A stretch of DNA of 64,000 nt from Selaginella moellendorffii (Eukaryota; Plantae; Lycopodiophyta). The notes below the pieces were generated by a model. The model had not been told where the DNA came from and did no database searches. It worked only from the letters and a program-made list of their open reading frames with translations. Where the stretch lies: positions 683,430-747,429 of the forward strand of contig NW_003314322.1 in assembly GCF_000143415.4 (NCBI RefSeq), read 5' to 3'. Shown piece by piece: positions 61,513 through 64,000 of the stretch; position 1 is the stretch's first letter, and every line of letters starts with the position of its first letter. A program made the translations under genes and the position numbers.

Positions 61513-62291
61513 CCCTCTAAAAGAAAGCTTAAGAAAGGAATATCTTACAATATATTCTTTACACCCTTAGGTTTAATCTAGTGACTGCTCAAGAGTTTAG
61601 AGATGCAAGAGTTTAGAGATGCTCTTCCAAATGAGAAGGATCGCGGTTTTACCATAGCGCTGCCTCCATGATTAATTATCGTTGAGCATGTTGCCAATGG
61701 GGTAGCATATGCAATTGCTTTATGCCAGTGCCACCAGACATCACACGGGTGGTATTTATATAAAGACGGACATATGGATTGCTATAATCATGTGATAATA
61801 GATTTTCCTGTTTTACTTTTTTTTCGTTCCATCTTGATAATTTTTTACACATAGTAAGAAATTTTGATGCAATAATAAGCCTCAAGTGAAATCACCAAGA
61901 CTAAAATTTGCAATTACACTACAATTTTATTGCTCATTATTGCCCAAGTGGAAATTTAGACCAAATGTTATATTTTAATACTTTATTTCACTCTATTATT
62001 TATTTATATAACTACTGCTTTGCACTTCTTCAGAGTTCCCTACTGTCTCGTTTTTGTTCTAAATGTTATGTTTTGCTTGAAGCCTTTTTCTTTACTATGA
62101 TCCAGTTGCCAAAAAATTGCCTAACTTGCAAGGGCAGAACTCATCACACATTGATATTAATATGGTCAGCATGCAAACTTCAAGGCTTCTAGATTCTACG
62201 TTTAGTGAACTGTCCAATAATAGAATCCTATTCAAATGATATCTATCAACACTTTCCCCCTTTGCCTTATTAAGATGCTTACCCCATGCTT

Positions 62292-63301
62292 CTAGTGAAA
62301 CTCGCAATCGTCACTGAGATCGCGATGCCAAATTTTAGCTGCAAACTCGTCCACATCAGGGACGCATGTGTTTCCTTTGTCAACACCGGGTGGATCCGCC
62401 CACTTAATTAGCGGGTCTGGATCTTCAACCAGAAATGCCATCATTTGCCTTCCCCGAATGACGGTGCCCTCCACTATTCCAATCACCATCAGGATGTCCT
62501 CGTCGTTGGGCGGATAGAACCTCCAAGTCACCGCCGGCGCGATGTTCCTAGGATAGGCCAGAGTCTCTAAAACAAGAAAGGAAAATAGGAAAGAAAAGAT
62601 ACCGAACGTCCGTAACCTTGCAGAACTTGTTGCCAGTTTTGTCCTCCTGAAACAGTGAACAAAAGGCTCTCAAAACCTTCCAGATTTTCCAAAAGCTTTC
62701 TCACGCCATACCTGTGGCTCTCCAACTTGAAGATCCGCATCGCTTGGAGGCGGGAGGTCTCGGTTAACGGTAACATGAAACAGCCTCCTCACACCGTCCT
62801 TGGCCTGCGCATGGTCCACCACACTCTGATCGCGATGCCAGATGCGAGCTACAAACGCATCCACGTCGGGGATGCATGTCTCCGAAAATCGAACTTTGGG
62901 ACGAAGAAGCGGCTCGGGATCCTCGATCAGGTAAGCGACTCTGACCATTCCCGGAACCTCGGAATGCATTATTCCCAGCACCAGCAGCACCCCGTCCGCG
63001 TTGGGTGGATAAAACCTCCAGGTGACCCGTATCATACAAATCTTCCTGCTTACACACAATTCCCTTTGTGAGAGAGAGAGAGTCAAACAAACCTGGTGTC
63101 GGTAACAAGGTAGAATTTGTTCCCACATTTATCTGCCTGATCATAGAAGACCAGTCAATTTGAGATTTGAGGAAAAGGCAAAAATCAAGAGACCTGTAGC
63201 TGGCCAACTTGTAGATCTGAGTCGTTTGGAAGAGGACGAGAAGAGGTGTGCTGCGCTCGCCCAAATACCCTCCTCACTGAGTCCTTCGCCTGCGCCTCCA
63301 T
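62292..63301 (-). CDS. Unknown protein built from two tandem homologous modules (the second may be frameshifted)
   Basis: AQAKD.VRR.F...D.DLQVG..Q|.DK.GNKF..VTD.R|...VTWRFYPPN....L.V.GI......A.L.EDP.PL.....TC.PDVD.F.A.IWHRD occurs twice with introns in the same positions. Confidence 0.6.
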
Positions 63302-64000
63302 GCCCTGTTGCCGAATTGCCCTAACGCTTTACGCCGCCATCTCTTATTTATAGAGTAGCTTTACTCACGAGGACTCTCCCCTCACAATCCGAGCACGAAC
63401 AAAAAAACTGTTTGCTCCATTCCCGCAGCGATGAATCATGAGCTAGACATAACACCCTGCCCGGATCGATTTCATGCCTGGATAATATGTTCTCTCTCAC
63501 CATCACACACCATAAAGCTAAGCGAGTCTAGCGAAACTCCTCGACGTCGAATGGCCCAGCGTTGCTCGTGCCTCCCTCCATTCACGTAAAATTTCACAAA
63601 TACAAAGTACAAGCTTAAATACTATTTAGTACTCTTAAAGGCATCATAGGACTGTAGTCACCACCCGTTTTTACCTCCCAACTACTACTGTTACCCGGAG
63701 GCAGAACGAGCAGGCTACGATCTTGCTTTTCTTTTGGGCGCTTCCGTCGCAGATCGTCCACAAACTTTTCTGTGAACTTGAAGAAATCTCACATAATGGT
63801 ATCATAGCGTTCTTGTTTGGTTTGTCCTCATATTTCTTATCGATCCTCACTCGGATTCAAACAGAACCTGAATGGTGTACCTGATAGAGCAACCAGTTAT
63901 TCCTCGTGTAAGGTTTGCGTTTTGATGGAACCAAAACTACATCTGGATCCTCTGTGCTACTCATAGTTAGCATACACATACAGGCAAAGATAATGATACC

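Noticed and set aside
61580-62290. Short direct repeat (CAAGAGTTTAGAGATGC twice) and AT-rich tract as a transposon
   Set aside because: No terminal repeats, TSD or transposase motifs could be identified.

Overview
Gene-dense land-plant nuclear DNA with very short introns (mostly 50-80 nt) and tiny intergenic gaps. By inference it resembles a compact lycophyte genome such as Selaginella; the organism cannot be proven from this window. In order it holds: eIF2-gamma (-, partial), long-form tRNase Z (+), two convergent SBP-box/SPL genes (one with a canonical miR156 site, one SPL8-like without), a ~7 kb non-coding block, an intronless PLS-E PPR gene, a decayed Ty3/gypsy LTR retrotransposon with an internal 3x207-bp duplication, a PfkB kinase, a CASP-like gene, a class III HD-ZIP gene (miR165/166 site), tRNA-Pro(CGG), SF3B1, SMG8, Yippee, an O-fucosyltransferase, tRNA-Arg(ACG), a Lines homolog, a V-ATPase Ac45/VOA1-like gene, a TOM2A-like tetraspanin, DNA ligase I, two spliced ~60-aa microprotein genes and an unknown internally duplicated gene. 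Main hunt results: (1) two paralogous microprotein genes and LIG1 lie head-to-tail with 68-69-nt spacers, a candidate polycistronic or uORF unit; (2) a 3' splice-site choice in LIG1 may toggle mitochondrial versus nuclear isoforms; (3) an inverted copy of tRNA-Arg lacking the anticodon arm sits directly upstream of the tRNA, with a CDS starting 38 nt downstream; (4) the NMD factor SMG8 has candidate 3'UTR introns; (5) three GC-AG introns share the donor AAG|GCATG, one splitting the miR166 site. All exon boundaries were read by eye and need RNA confirmation.
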